Source of the DNA: a virus
Taxonomy: Duplodnaviria; Caudoviricetes
Virus record (IMG/VR): IMGVR_UViG_3300040769_000012
Coordinates: 1 to 40,360 of that record
DNA: 40,360 nt
Direction: 5' to 3' (one strand)
The stretch's first letter is position 1. Each line of letters opens with the position of its first letter. The translations under genes were made by a program, and so were the position numbers. This document shows positions 27,592 to 36,979 of this stretch, in pieces. The notes under the pieces are model-generated. The model worked only from the letters and a program-made list of their open reading frames with translations. It had not been told where the DNA came from and ran no database searches.

Positions 27592-29318
27592 TCGGTACCT
27601 TCCTTCGACACGAGCAATGCCCACGCTGTGCGGCCAATGGCCGTGACAACGGCGGAGATAACCTTGCAGTCTACGATGACGGTGTGTACTGCCATGCCTG
27701 CAAGTACAGAGAATCAAACGGAGTCCAAGTGACAGACAAACCCATTGCAAAGATCCCCAAGGGATTCATCCACGGCGAGTGTGACAACATCCAAGATCGC
27801 AAGATCTCTCTGGCTATGTCCACCAAGTATGACTATCAGATTGGCGTGGATCCCAAGTCTGGCCGACCAGTGCATATCGCACCGTACTATGATGCCAAGG
27901 GTAACCTTGTGTCTCAGAAGATTCGGTATGCTGATGCCAAGGGTTTCTACACCACGGGTGTCCATGGTGACACCCAGCTATTCGGGCAGAAGCTTTGGAA
28001 GTCTGCCGGTGGCAAGCGTCTCGTTATCACCGAGGGTGAGATCGACGCCTTGTCTGTGTGCCAGACCCTTGGTGGTACGTGGCCCGTGGTTTCCCTGACC
28101 AATGGATCGTCGGGTGTTGCCAAGGATATCAAGAACAACATCGAGTTTATTATCTCCTATGACGAGATTGTCCTATGCTTCGACAACGACGAGCCGGGCC
28201 TGGCTGCACAAGAGAAAGCCCTATCAATCCTACCGCCGGGCAAGGTCCGTGTTGTCTCCCTGCCCGAGGGGTATGATCCTAACAAGATGCTACAAGAGGG
28301 CCGTGGGGTACAGCTTAAGAACGCCATCTATGAGGCCAAGCTTGCCAGCCCTGACGAGATCCTGCACGTCTCGGACGTAGTGGATGCCGAGTCCAACTTC
28401 ACCAACACCAAGGTGTATCCGTATCCCTTCGATTCCCTGTCCGAGTTCCTGATTGGCCAGCGATCCGGTGAGATTGTCCTGTGGACTTCCGGTACCGGCA
28501 GCGGTAAGTCTACTATTCTGCGTGCCGTGGCCATGGACCACCTGCAGGCTGGTCGCAAGGTTGGTATGATCATGCTTGAGGAATCTCCCCAAGAGACCCT
28601 TGATGACCTCATCAGTGTGATGCTGAAGAAGCCGGTGCGTCAGATCCGTGCCCAACGTATGATGAACTCCCTTAGAGAATCCATGGGCAAGCCGCCCCTT
28701 AAGGGATTCGAGGACAACCTCAGTGAAGAGGAATACAATGACGCCCGTGCTGATCTCAATAGCATGGGCCTGTTCATCTATGACCACCTTGGCAATAACG
28801 CCATGACCAACCTGATGTCCCGCATGGAGTACCTTGCTACTTCGCTGGAGTGTGATGTAATTCTCCTTGACCATATCACCGCTGCTGCTACTGGTATGAT
28901 GAACTCCAACACCGGGCTTGGTGACAACGAGCGACTCATCATTGACGACACCATGAAGAACCTGCGTGGTCTGGTGGCCCGCACTGGCTGCCTTGTACAC
29001 ATCGTGTCTCAGCTTCGTAAGACCGACAAGGCCTATGAAGAGGGTGCCCGTATCACCCTACAAGACCTGCGGGGATCCGGTTCTCTTAGCAGTGTGCCCA
29101 ACTCGGTCATTGCCCTTGAGCGTAACCGCCAGGATCCTGATCCTGTGATTGCCAACACCACCAAGGTACGCCTGCTTAAGGACCGTCTGACTGGTCGTGC
29201 TGGCCTGTGTCCTGCTGCCCTGTACTGGGATGCTGGTACCCACACCCTGCAGGAGATGGGCATTGCCCAAGGTGCGGACGGCAAGGTTAGCTATGATCCC
29301 GACTTTAGCCCTGTTTGA
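27588..29318 (+). CDS. DNA primase/helicase (T7 gp4-like)
   Basis: CPRC..CHAC zinc finger, TOPRIM ITEGEIDA / FDNDEPG, Walker A GTGSGKST, LDH, LRGSGS. Confidence 0.97.
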   Translation: MIGTFLRHEQCPRCAANGRDNGGDNLAVYDDGVYCHACKYRESNGVQVTDKPIAKIPKGFIHGECDNIQDRKISLAMSTKYDYQIGVDPKSGRPVHIAPYYDAKGNLVSQKIRYADAKGFYTTGVHGDTQLFGQKLWKSAGGKRLVITEGEIDALSVCQTLGGTWPVVSLTNGSSGVAKDIKNNIEFIISYDEIVLCFDNDEPGLAAQEKALSILPPGKVRVVSLPEGYDPNKMLQEGRGVQLKNAIYEAKLASPDEILHVSDVVDAESNFTNTKVYPYPFDSLSEFLIGQRSGEIVLWTSGTGSGKSTILRAVAMDHLQAGRKVGMIMLEESPQETLDDLISVMLKKPVRQIRAQRMMNSLRESMGKPPLKGFEDNLSEEEYNDARADLNSMGLFIYDHLGNNAMTNLMSRMEYLATSLECDVILLDHITAAATGMMNSNTGLGDNERLIIDDTMKNLRGLVARTGCLVHIVSQLRKTDKAYEEGARITLQDLRGSGSLSSVPNSVIALERNRQDPDPVIANTTKVRLLKDRLTGRAGLCPAALYWDAGTHTLQEMGIAQGADGKVSYDPDFSPV

Positions 29319-29328
29319 TCGGAAATAA

Positions 29329-29868
29329 ATGAAGACCTTTATCATCAGTGATACCCACTTTGGGCAACACAACATGTACAAGTTCGTGGACCGCTATGGA
29401 TCCCGGATGCGTGCATGGGCTGACAATGCTTACCAAGGTGACGAGTACATGATCGAGAAGTGGAACTCTGTGGTTGGACCCAACGACAAGGTATACCACC
29501 TTGGGGACATCGCCATGCCCAAGAAGTCCATCGCCCTGCTGGGTAGACTGAATGGTAGAAAGGTCTTAATCCGTGGGAACCACGACAAGTTCAAACTGAA
29601 GGATTACACACCGTACTTCAAGGATGTCCGTGGCATGCACAAGCTGGACCGGTACATCCTGACGCACTACCCTGTGCATCCCATGAGTATATCCCACTGG
29701 TGCCGGGCCAACATCCATGGTCACATCCACGAAAAGACCGTGATGAAGAGGCTATGGTGGGGCAAGAAAGTACCAGACCGTAGGTATTACAACGTGTGTG
29801 TAGAGCAACACGACTGTGTGCCCCAAGACTTTGAACAGATCCGAGCCTATGTGGAGAGCTTTGTATGA
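29329..29868 (+). CDS. Calcineurin-like metallophosphoesterase 2
   Basis: SDTHFG, LGD, GNHD, HYP, HGHIH. Confidence 0.9.
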   Translation: MKTFIISDTHFGQHNMYKFVDRYGSRMRAWADNAYQGDEYMIEKWNSVVGPNDKVYHLGDIAMPKKSIALLGRLNGRKVLIRGNHDKFKLKDYTPYFKDVRGMHKLDRYILTHYPVHPMSISHWCRANIHGHIHEKTVMKRLWWGKKVPDRRYYNVCVEQHDCVPQDFEQIRAYVESFV

Positions 29869-31757
29869 AGATTTACGTGTTTGATATCGAGGCGAATGGC
29901 CTTGACGAAGTTACCATCAACAGCCAGACCAAGTCTGTTATGCAAGAGGCCACGGTTGTACACTGTGCCGTGGTCCACGAGCTTGGTACTGACAACTGGT
30001 GGAGGTACACGCCTGATAACATTCACGAGCTTCCCTCCAAGCTGAACGAGGCTGATCTTCTTGTGGCCCACAATGGCATCAACTACGATGTACCTGTGGT
30101 ATCCCGTCTACTGGGCAAGGTCAACACCAAGTGCTTTGACACGCTGATCATGTCCAGATTGATGTACCCTGATCCGCTTAAGCATCCTGGCCGCAAGTTT
30201 GCTACCAAGTACTTCAACTCACTTGAGGTGTGGGGCAAGCGACTTGGCGAGTACAAGGGTGACTATACTGGTGGATGGGAAGTCTTCTCCCAGGAAATGC
30301 TAGAGTACTGTGAGCAGGACGTTGTGGTTACTGTCAAGATCTACCAGTACCAGATGGCCAATGGCTATACCGAGGCACTGCCCGAGCCCGCCGTGGCCAT
30401 GGACATGGGTGTATCCCGTGAGATGGCTGACCTTAAGGAGCGTGGCTTCCCCTATAACTATGAACAAGGTAGGGCCTTGGAGGAGCAGCTTGATGTCGAG
30501 ATCTTCCAGGTCCGGCAGAAGCTGGAGGAGATCTTCCCGCCTACCAAGGTCGAGGGCAAGAAGCCCGAGTGGTATCGCATTGACTACGAGAACCTGACAG
30601 ACACCGACCATGCCTACTTTCCTACCAAGAAGCTGTGCGAGGAATGGCGTAAGGACAATGGGTATCCTCCCCGTCTGTGTCGGTACACTGCCGGTCCCCC
30701 GAAGGTGACTATGGTTCCCTTTGACCCTGCCTCCAGTGACGAGCCCGCCGTCAGATTCCAAGAGGTCTACGGTTGGGAGCCCAAGCAGTTCTCCAAGAAG
30801 ACTGGCAAGCCCAAGATGACCACGGACATCCTTGAACACCTTGGGTTCGAAGGTGCCAAACTATTGATTCAGTACCGCCGACATGACAAAGTTGCCCAAT
30901 TCCTGCGGAATTGGAACACCCGGATTCCCCTGACCCGTGACGGCAGGCTACATCCCACGATCAATCCCCAAGGTACCAACACGGGCCGGGCTTCCCATTC
31001 CCAGCCCAACATTGGTAACGTAGATGGTGACCCACGGCTTCGTGGTCTATTGCTGCCATTCCCCGGCGAGGTCATGGTCGGTATTGACCAGACCGGTGTC
31101 GAGGCCCGCATCCTTAGCCACGAATTGTACCCCTATGACAACGGCGAGTACTGGAACATTCTTAACAGTGGTGTCAAGATCCACTGGCTGAATGCCCGGC
31201 GTGCTGGCCTGTGGCCCAAGGACGAGCCTTACGATCCGCACAACCCTGCCATGGCTGCTGCTTATGCCAAAGCAAAGACTATGGTGTATGCTATTATGTA
31301 CGGTGCCTTTCCACCTAAGGTGGCAGCTATCCTGGACTGTACGGTATCCAAGGCCAAGCGTATCATGGATACCTTCAAGTCCTCGTGGACTGGGTACAAT
31401 GACCTACAGAAAGCCCTAGAGTACGAAGCCAAGAAGACCGGTGGCCTTAAGCTTCCCAGCGGCAGGCGTATCCCTGTGACTGACGAGCGTCTGCTTATCA
31501 ACTACAAGTGCCAGGGCACGGCGGCTGAGACGGCCAAGCTGTGGATCCTGCTGGCTCAGAAGGATGTCAAGCCCCTTGATGCCAAGCTGCTGGCTTGGGT
31601 ACACGACGAGCTTCAGTACTCTGTACCGGAGAAGAACGTGGCTGCTGTGTCTGCTGCGGTCATTGAGGCCTGTGCTGAGGCCGGGCGTCGGCTTAACATT
31701 CGCGTGCCCTTGGATGCCTCGGCTGATACTGGCACCTGCTGGGCGGAGACTCACTAA
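29865..31757 (+). CDS. Family A DNA polymerase (T7 gp5-like)
   Basis: Exo DIEANG / HNGINYD / YCEQDV; TGR; motif A GIDQTGVEAR; motif B AKTMVYAIMYG; motif C WVHDELQ. Confidence 0.96.
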   Translation: MKIYVFDIEANGLDEVTINSQTKSVMQEATVVHCAVVHELGTDNWWRYTPDNIHELPSKLNEADLLVAHNGINYDVPVVSRLLGKVNTKCFDTLIMSRLMYPDPLKHPGRKFATKYFNSLEVWGKRLGEYKGDYTGGWEVFSQEMLEYCEQDVVVTVKIYQYQMANGYTEALPEPAVAMDMGVSREMADLKERGFPYNYEQGRALEEQLDVEIFQVRQKLEEIFPPTKVEGKKPEWYRIDYENLTDTDHAYFPTKKLCEEWRKDNGYPPRLCRYTAGPPKVTMVPFDPASSDEPAVRFQEVYGWEPKQFSKKTGKPKMTTDILEHLGFEGAKLLIQYRRHDKVAQFLRNWNTRIPLTRDGRLHPTINPQGTNTGRASHSQPNIGNVDGDPRLRGLLLPFPGEVMVGIDQTGVEARILSHELYPYDNGEYWNILNSGVKIHWLNARRAGLWPKDEPYDPHNPAMAAAYAKAKTMVYAIMYGAFPPKVAAILDCTVSKAKRIMDTFKSSWTGYNDLQKALEYEAKKTGGLKLPSGRRIPVTDERLLINYKCQGTAAETAKLWILLAQKDVKPLDAKLLAWVHDELQYSVPEKNVAAVSAAVIEACAEAGRRLNIRVPLDASADTGTCWAETH

Positions 31758-32305
31758 TGCACACAGTAACAATAGGTCTGTATGACCTAATACCGGGACT
31801 GGGTTGGAAAAACAAACTGATTAAATGGCTTGGTGGTGTCAATGAAGTACACATCCAAGTCACGGTTGATGATGTCAGTTACCTGGTTATGCAAGGCCGC
31901 AAAGGACGGGTCGTGAAGGCCCAAGCCCTCCAGTCTAGAGTACCCCCTAGTACTAGGTCGCTGACCTTCACTCACCCCAATCCCCCATTCTCCAAGATGT
32001 ATGACATGACAAGGCCCGCCGTAAGCAGTACGATGTACTTTGTATTCTGGTGGTTGATTGGCAAGCACCTAAGGCTGCCCATCCCAACATCTTGTGTGTC
32101 ATTCACACATGACGTACTACATCTTATGGGTTACCCTGTGACTGAGCGGGTTATCCCACACAAACTATATGAGGAATTACATGAGATTATTCGTACTGGC
32201 AGGACCGGCCCGGGTGGGCAAGACTACGCTGGCCAAGGTGATGGCCAAGGAAGCATTCGAGGCGGGCTACAAGCCCATCATGCTTCCGTTTGCTGGCCCT
32301 CTTAA
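31757..32305 (+). CDS. Hypothetical protein (possible permuted His...Cys peptidase-like fold)
   Basis: TAATG coupling to the polymerase gene; EVHIQV ... TSCVSF; 3' tail overlaps the next gene. Confidence 0.5.
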   Translation: MHTVTIGLYDLIPGLGWKNKLIKWLGGVNEVHIQVTVDDVSYLVMQGRKGRVVKAQALQSRVPPSTRSLTFTHPNPPFSKMYDMTRPAVSSTMYFVFWWLIGKHLRLPIPTSCVSFTHDVLHLMGYPVTERVIPHKLYEELHEIIRTGRTGPGGQDYAGQGDGQGSIRGGLQAHHASVCWPS

Positions 32306-32840
32306 GGAGGAGGCCGAGGCCAAGGGCTTTGGCAAGGACACCGACCCCGAGGGATACCGCAAGTATTGCCAAGAAGTCGGACATGCCAAGCGTGAGGAAA
32401 ACCAGGACCACTGGGTTAACCTGTGGCGGTCAAAGATCGAGGCCCTGCGTGCCGAAGATTCCGAGTCAGAGCGTGTAATCATCGTGGATGACTGCCGGTA
32501 CCTGAATGAACTAGCTGCGGTCCAAGAGCTTGGCGGTGTGGTGTGGTTCATCCACTCTGGAACCCGAGAGCTTATTGAACACGACGCCCCTTGGAGACAA
32601 CATGACTCTGAGGCCATGGCCAACGTGGTGAATAATACCACGGATCCCTTGGCCCTTGGACAATTCGACTTCCATATCTCGAATGATGATTCCCTTGGTT
32701 CCTTTGAGTGGTTCACCAAGCATGCCTGCTTTGCACTGATGGTGTCCGGGTGGGACTCGAATGATGACTCCTTCCGTAGTGTAATTGCAGATCAGATTGT
32801 GGAGAACCTGGATGACCTACCCGAACCATGCGATTCTTGA
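32181..32840 (+). CDS. Deoxynucleoside monophosphate kinase
   Basis: GPARVGKT P-loop, FAGPLK, IVDDCRYLNE, HDSE. Confidence 0.85.
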   Translation: MRLFVLAGPARVGKTTLAKVMAKEAFEAGYKPIMLPFAGPLKEEAEAKGFGKDTDPEGYRKYCQEVGHAKREENQDHWVNLWRSKIEALRAEDSESERVIIVDDCRYLNELAAVQELGGVVWFIHSGTRELIEHDAPWRQHDSEAMANVVNNTTDPLALGQFDFHISNDDSLGSFEWFTKHACFALMVSGWDSNDDSFRSVIADQIVENLDDLPEPCDS

Positions 32841-33501
32841 TGGTGACATCATTGCCTATAGGCTGGCCCACAGGTTTGAGCCCGTGGGTATTGACAACGA
32901 AGACTTTGAGCAGGCAGCCGAGGTCCAAGTAGCTGACTGGATCCCCCAAGGCATCGACAAATTCGAGATTGCATTTTCATGTAGCCGAAGGGATAACTTC
33001 CGCAAGGATTACCTGCCGGACTACAAGGAACACCGTACCTCCTTGGCTACACCCACGTATCTAAAGGATATCATTGGTTACCTAAAGGCCACGTATCCTT
33101 CGATTGATGCACCTAGGCTGGAGGCTGATGATATCATGGGCCTGAGCCAGCACAAGGCGGTCACCGTGACCATCGACAAGGATCTCCTGTCGGTCCCGGG
33201 GTGGATCTGGAATCCGGACAAGGATGGATTCCGTGGCCCTTGGCTGGTCTCTGAGGTCCGTGCCTTGGGCAACCTGTGCCTGCAGTGGATCATGGGTGAC
33301 AGAACGGACAACATCCCCGGAATCAAGGGACTGGGTCCCAAGAAGGCCTGGGATATCCTGACCCAATCCGGACACCCCGTGAATTGGCCCTATGCTGTCC
33401 TAGCTACCTATGAATCAAAGGGTTACACACCCGAGGATGCACTGGCTACCTTCCGTGGTGTGTACATTTTACGTGATAACGAGTTAAAGTACCCCCTATA
33501 A
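32812..33501 (+). CDS. 5'-3' exonuclease (T7 gp6-like)
   Basis: LDGDIIAY, FRK..LPDYK, EADD, DKDL, GDRTDNIPG. Confidence 0.92.
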   Translation: MTYPNHAILDGDIIAYRLAHRFEPVGIDNEDFEQAAEVQVADWIPQGIDKFEIAFSCSRRDNFRKDYLPDYKEHRTSLATPTYLKDIIGYLKATYPSIDAPRLEADDIMGLSQHKAVTVTIDKDLLSVPGWIWNPDKDGFRGPWLVSEVRALGNLCLQWIMGDRTDNIPGIKGLGPKKAWDILTQSGHPVNWPYAVLATYESKGYTPEDALATFRGVYILRDNELKYPL

Positions 33502-33503
33502 GG
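33486..33503 (+). promoter_or_regulatory. Putative phage RNAP promoter (copy 4) followed by AT-rich spacer
   Basis: AAAGTACCCCCTATAAGG, then a ~100-bp intergenic gap with an AT-rich stretch. Confidence 0.6.
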
Positions 33504-33605
33504 GTACCCTATGTTTACTCTAAGGCCCCTTGGCCCCATGGTAAATTAAATTAAAGAATAATAATCAAGGATCTTAGATCCAAGGATAAACAAAGGATAC
33601 CCACT

Positions 33606-34028
33606 TTGGATATTAAATTTAACGTGTCGTCTTTCGGAACCATGCCCACCCGTGGCACCGAGCATTCTGCTGGTCTGGACTTGTACACCCCCAGTGACAT
33701 CACCCTTGATCCCGGGATCCCCACATACGTGGATCTTGGGGTCCGTGTTGAGATCCCGGCTGGCCATGTTGGTCTGCTAACCACACGGTCTTCAATGGGT
33801 AAGCACGGTGTGACTCTGGCCAACTCGATTGGCATTATTGATGCTGACTATCGTGGACCGCTTGGGGTCACCCTGATTAATAACGCTGCATGGTCCCAGG
33901 CTTACTTGAAGGGCGATCGCATTGCCCAGCTTGTCGTGTTGCCTTTCCTGCTGGCGGACCCCGTGCCAGTCGAAGAGCTAACGGTAACCGAGCGTGGAGA
34001 AGGTGGCTTTGGGAGCACAGGACGATGA
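33606..34028 (+). CDS. dut: dUTPase (trimeric family)
   Basis: AGLDL, RSS, GIIDADYRG, RIAQL, RGEGGFGSTG; TTG start. Confidence 0.95.
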   Translation: MDIKFNVSSFGTMPTRGTEHSAGLDLYTPSDITLDPGIPTYVDLGVRVEIPAGHVGLLTTRSSMGKHGVTLANSIGIIDADYRGPLGVTLINNAAWSQAYLKGDRIAQLVVLPFLLADPVPVEELTVTERGEGGFGSTGR

Positions 34029-36644
34029 ATAACTTCCAACAGTTTATCGCCATGTCCCGCTATGCTCGATGGATCCCCGAGAAGAATCGCCGGGAGACTT
34101 GGGAAGAGACAGTGGATCGCTATTGGGACTGGGTATGCGGCAGGTTTCCCACCATGCGTGACCGTATGGATATCCGGGATGCCGTGTTTAACCTTGAGGT
34201 CATGCCGTCGATGCGTCTGCTGATGACAGCGGGTGCTCCGGTTGACCGTGACAACACCTGTGCCTACAACTGCAGCTACCTGCCGATCACCGACCTGAGA
34301 TCCTTTGCCGAAGTCATGTTCATCCTGATGAACGGTACGGGTGTCGGGTATTCCGTAGAGCAACAGTATACCTCGCAGCTTCCCGCCGTACCCAAGGAGA
34401 TCCGTCGCAAGACCGACATGATCATTCGTGTCAAGGACTCCAAGGAGGGCTGGGCGGATGCCACGTACCAGTTGCTGCGTTCCCTGTACAGTGGCATTCA
34501 TCCCACATGGGATGTCACTGAGGTCCGGCCTGCTGGTGCCCGGCTTGAAACCTTTGGTGGCCGTGCCTCCGGGCCTGGTCCCCTGAAGGAAGTATTCAAG
34601 TTCATTGTCAATACCATCACCAAGGCCCAAGGTCGTAAGCTTACGCCCCTTGAGTGCCACGATATCTGCTGTGTTATTGCACGGTCGGTAATTGTGGGTG
34701 GTGTCCGACGATCCGCCATGATTTCCCTTAGTGACCTTGGGAACACCGGCATGGCCAAGTGCAAGTCTGGTGCATGGTGGGACCAAGATGGTCACCGTGC
34801 CCTTGCAAACAACTCGGCTGTCTATGATGGCAAGCCCGAGCTTATGGACTTCATGAATGAATGGATCAACCTCTACGAATCACACTCCGGAGAACGAGGG
34901 ATCTTCAACCGAGGGTGCGTCTCGGACATGGATAATCTTGGACGAGACTTATCCTATGACTTCGGAACTAACCCCTGCGGTGAGATCCTACTTAGACCGT
35001 ATGGACTGTGTAACCTTTAATCTATAGAGGTTGTAAAACTGGGTGAACTGCTGGAAACCCCTAACGTAAAGACGAGGGCAATCAGCAGCCAAGCCTCCGC
35101 CACACACGGCGGTAGGAAGGTTCAACGACTATCCCGTAAGGGAGTAGAGCCAAGTGGCTCGAAGCGCCCAGCAACGCCTAGCGTTGATGATATAGTCTGG
35201 TCTCATGTGAAAGCATGAGGAGTCTGATCGGCAGGAAAGGACCTGCCAATGAATCAAAGATATCTACCCGAAGAGGGTAGAGTAAATCGACAAGGCTTTT
35301 GGGAAAGTGAGTCGCACAGACAGTGCACACACTGCCGAAAAGTTTTTGAAAAAACAAGCCACAACACAATGACTTGGTGTAAGACCTGTAACGTACGCCG
35401 CGTTAAAGAGCAGACACCAGAAGTCAAGATGTACCGTAGAGCCAAATCAAGGGCGAGGCAGCGAGGGTTAGAGTTTAGTCTAAAGAAGACTGACATCGTA
35501 ATCCCGGCTACCTGTCCGATACTTGGCATACCTTTAGTGACACACGCCGGAAAGTCCGGTGCGTACGCAGACAGTCCATCCCTTGATCGGATAGACAACA
35601 GTCGAGGATACACTAAAGATAATGTTTGGGTTATTTCACAGAGGGCAAATGCTATGAAGCATGACGCCCCGTGGGATGAGCTTGTTAAATTTGCCGAATG
35701 GATTCTAAATCAGACCGGCACGGAGTAACGACCCGTGTTGAACATAAACGAGTGAAGTTGTGGTGCGGGACACCGACACTGAAGACGATCTGGCCCGAAA
35801 GGTAGAGATGGCCACCGTCCTTGGGACAATCCAGAGCAGCCTGACGTACTTCCCGTTCCTGCGGCCCGAGTGGTCCATGAATGCACAGGAAGAAAGACTG
35901 CTTGGTGTGTCCATGACGGGAATCTTTGACAACCATATGACCCGCGACTTTAGATCCGGAGAGTTGCAGGGTATGCTGCAGCGTCTGCGGCGTGTTGCCG
36001 TTGATACAAACCAGAAGATGGCCCCAGAGTTTGGCGTAGAGCCGTCCAAGGCCATCACGACAAACAAGCCCAGCGGTACCGTGTCATGCCTTGTTGATTC
36101 AAGCAGCGGTATCCACCCACGATTCGCCCCGTTCTATGTCCGGCGTGCCCGGATCGACAAGAAGGACCCCATGTATGCCTTCCTGAAGGACCAGGGACTG
36201 CCCTGTGAGGACTGTGTGATGAACCCCGACTCAACTGCGGTGTTCTCCTTCAAGTCCAAGGCCCCCAGTGCGGTACTTCCGCTGTCCCCGCTGGATCACT
36301 TCACCCTGTGGAGGATCTACAAGCAGAATTGGACACACCACAACCCCTCGGTGACCATCAACTATGACGATGACACCTTCTTGGAGCTTGGAGCCGAGGT
36401 ATACAAGCACTTTGACTCCATCTGTGGCGTATCCTTCCTGCCCAGGGCGGACCATGTGTATGCCCAGGCCCCGTTCGAGGCCATTACACAGGAAGAGTAC
36501 GAGGCCATGGCCGACATTGACGTAGATTGGTCCATGTTACAGCAATATGAAACACACGACACCACAAAGTCCTCCCACACCATGGCGTGTACCGGCGGAT
36601 CCTGTGAGATTGTCGATATTGAGAGCGATGACAATGCGATTTGA
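34025..36644 (+). CDS. nrdJ: Class II (adenosylcobalamin) ribonucleotide reductase; exons 34025-35017 and 35751-36644
   Basis: RETWEETV, PSMR, YNC, GTGVG, VGGVRRSA, TNPCGE; the spliced junction reads LCNL|SEVVVR; KPSGTVS; C-terminal ACTGGSCE. Confidence 0.93.
35018..35750 (+). mobile_element. Group I intron (733 nt) in nrdJ
   Basis: Exon ends in U with P1 pairing AACCTT/GAGGTT (U-G wobble); TGCTGGAAA...AATCAGCAG (P/Q); TTCAACGACTA...GATATAGTC (R/S, P7); terminal G at 35750; excision restores the frame. Confidence 0.92.
35249..35728 (+). CDS. Intron-encoded HNH-type homing endonuclease
   Basis: CxxC..CxxC N-terminus; CPILG, SLDRIDNSRGYTKDNVWVIS.RAN.K. Confidence 0.88.
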   Translation: MNQRYLPEEGRVNRQGFWESESHRQCTHCRKVFEKTSHNTMTWCKTCNVRRVKEQTPEVKMYRRAKSRARQRGLEFSLKKTDIVIPATCPILGIPLVTHAGKSGAYADSPSLDRIDNSRGYTKDNVWVISQRANAMKHDAPWDELVKFAEWILNQTGTE

Positions 36645-36979
36645 TACTAATAACCTTAAGTTCCGCCTTGAGAACAACGTAGTTCTGTCCAATGTAGAGG
36701 TACGGAATCTGTTTATTCACCTAATGGAGCAAGTAGATGACCTCACGAAGAGACTGGAGCAGTGTTGCAGTCAAGGTACCTGTGATTCCGGAGACAAGGC
36801 CCCTGCTAGAAGGGGTCCGGGTAGACCCAAGTCTGCCAAAACTTCTGAAGAAAGTGTTTCCGGGGACGATTGACTACGATCCCAGCCAGACCAGCGAGGC
36901 CATTGCCCGCCAAGCTGCCGTAGTAGCAGGCATGAACGAGGTTATTAACTACCTTGAGACACTTGCTGGAGACACCTGA
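36634..36979 (+). CDS. Two small overlapping hypothetical ORFs (~36634-36873 and ORF ending 36979)
   Basis: Position corresponds to the T7 6.5/6.7 region; starts uncertain. Confidence 0.5.

Noticed and set aside
33890-34024. N-terminal extension of RNR in the ORF track
   Set aside because: It overlaps dUTPase in another frame; the RNR-like sequence begins at ATG 34025 after GGAG.
35018-35020. nrdJ as a pseudogene, split gene or stop-codon recoding
   Set aside because: The TAA is the start of a group I intron; splicing restores the frame.
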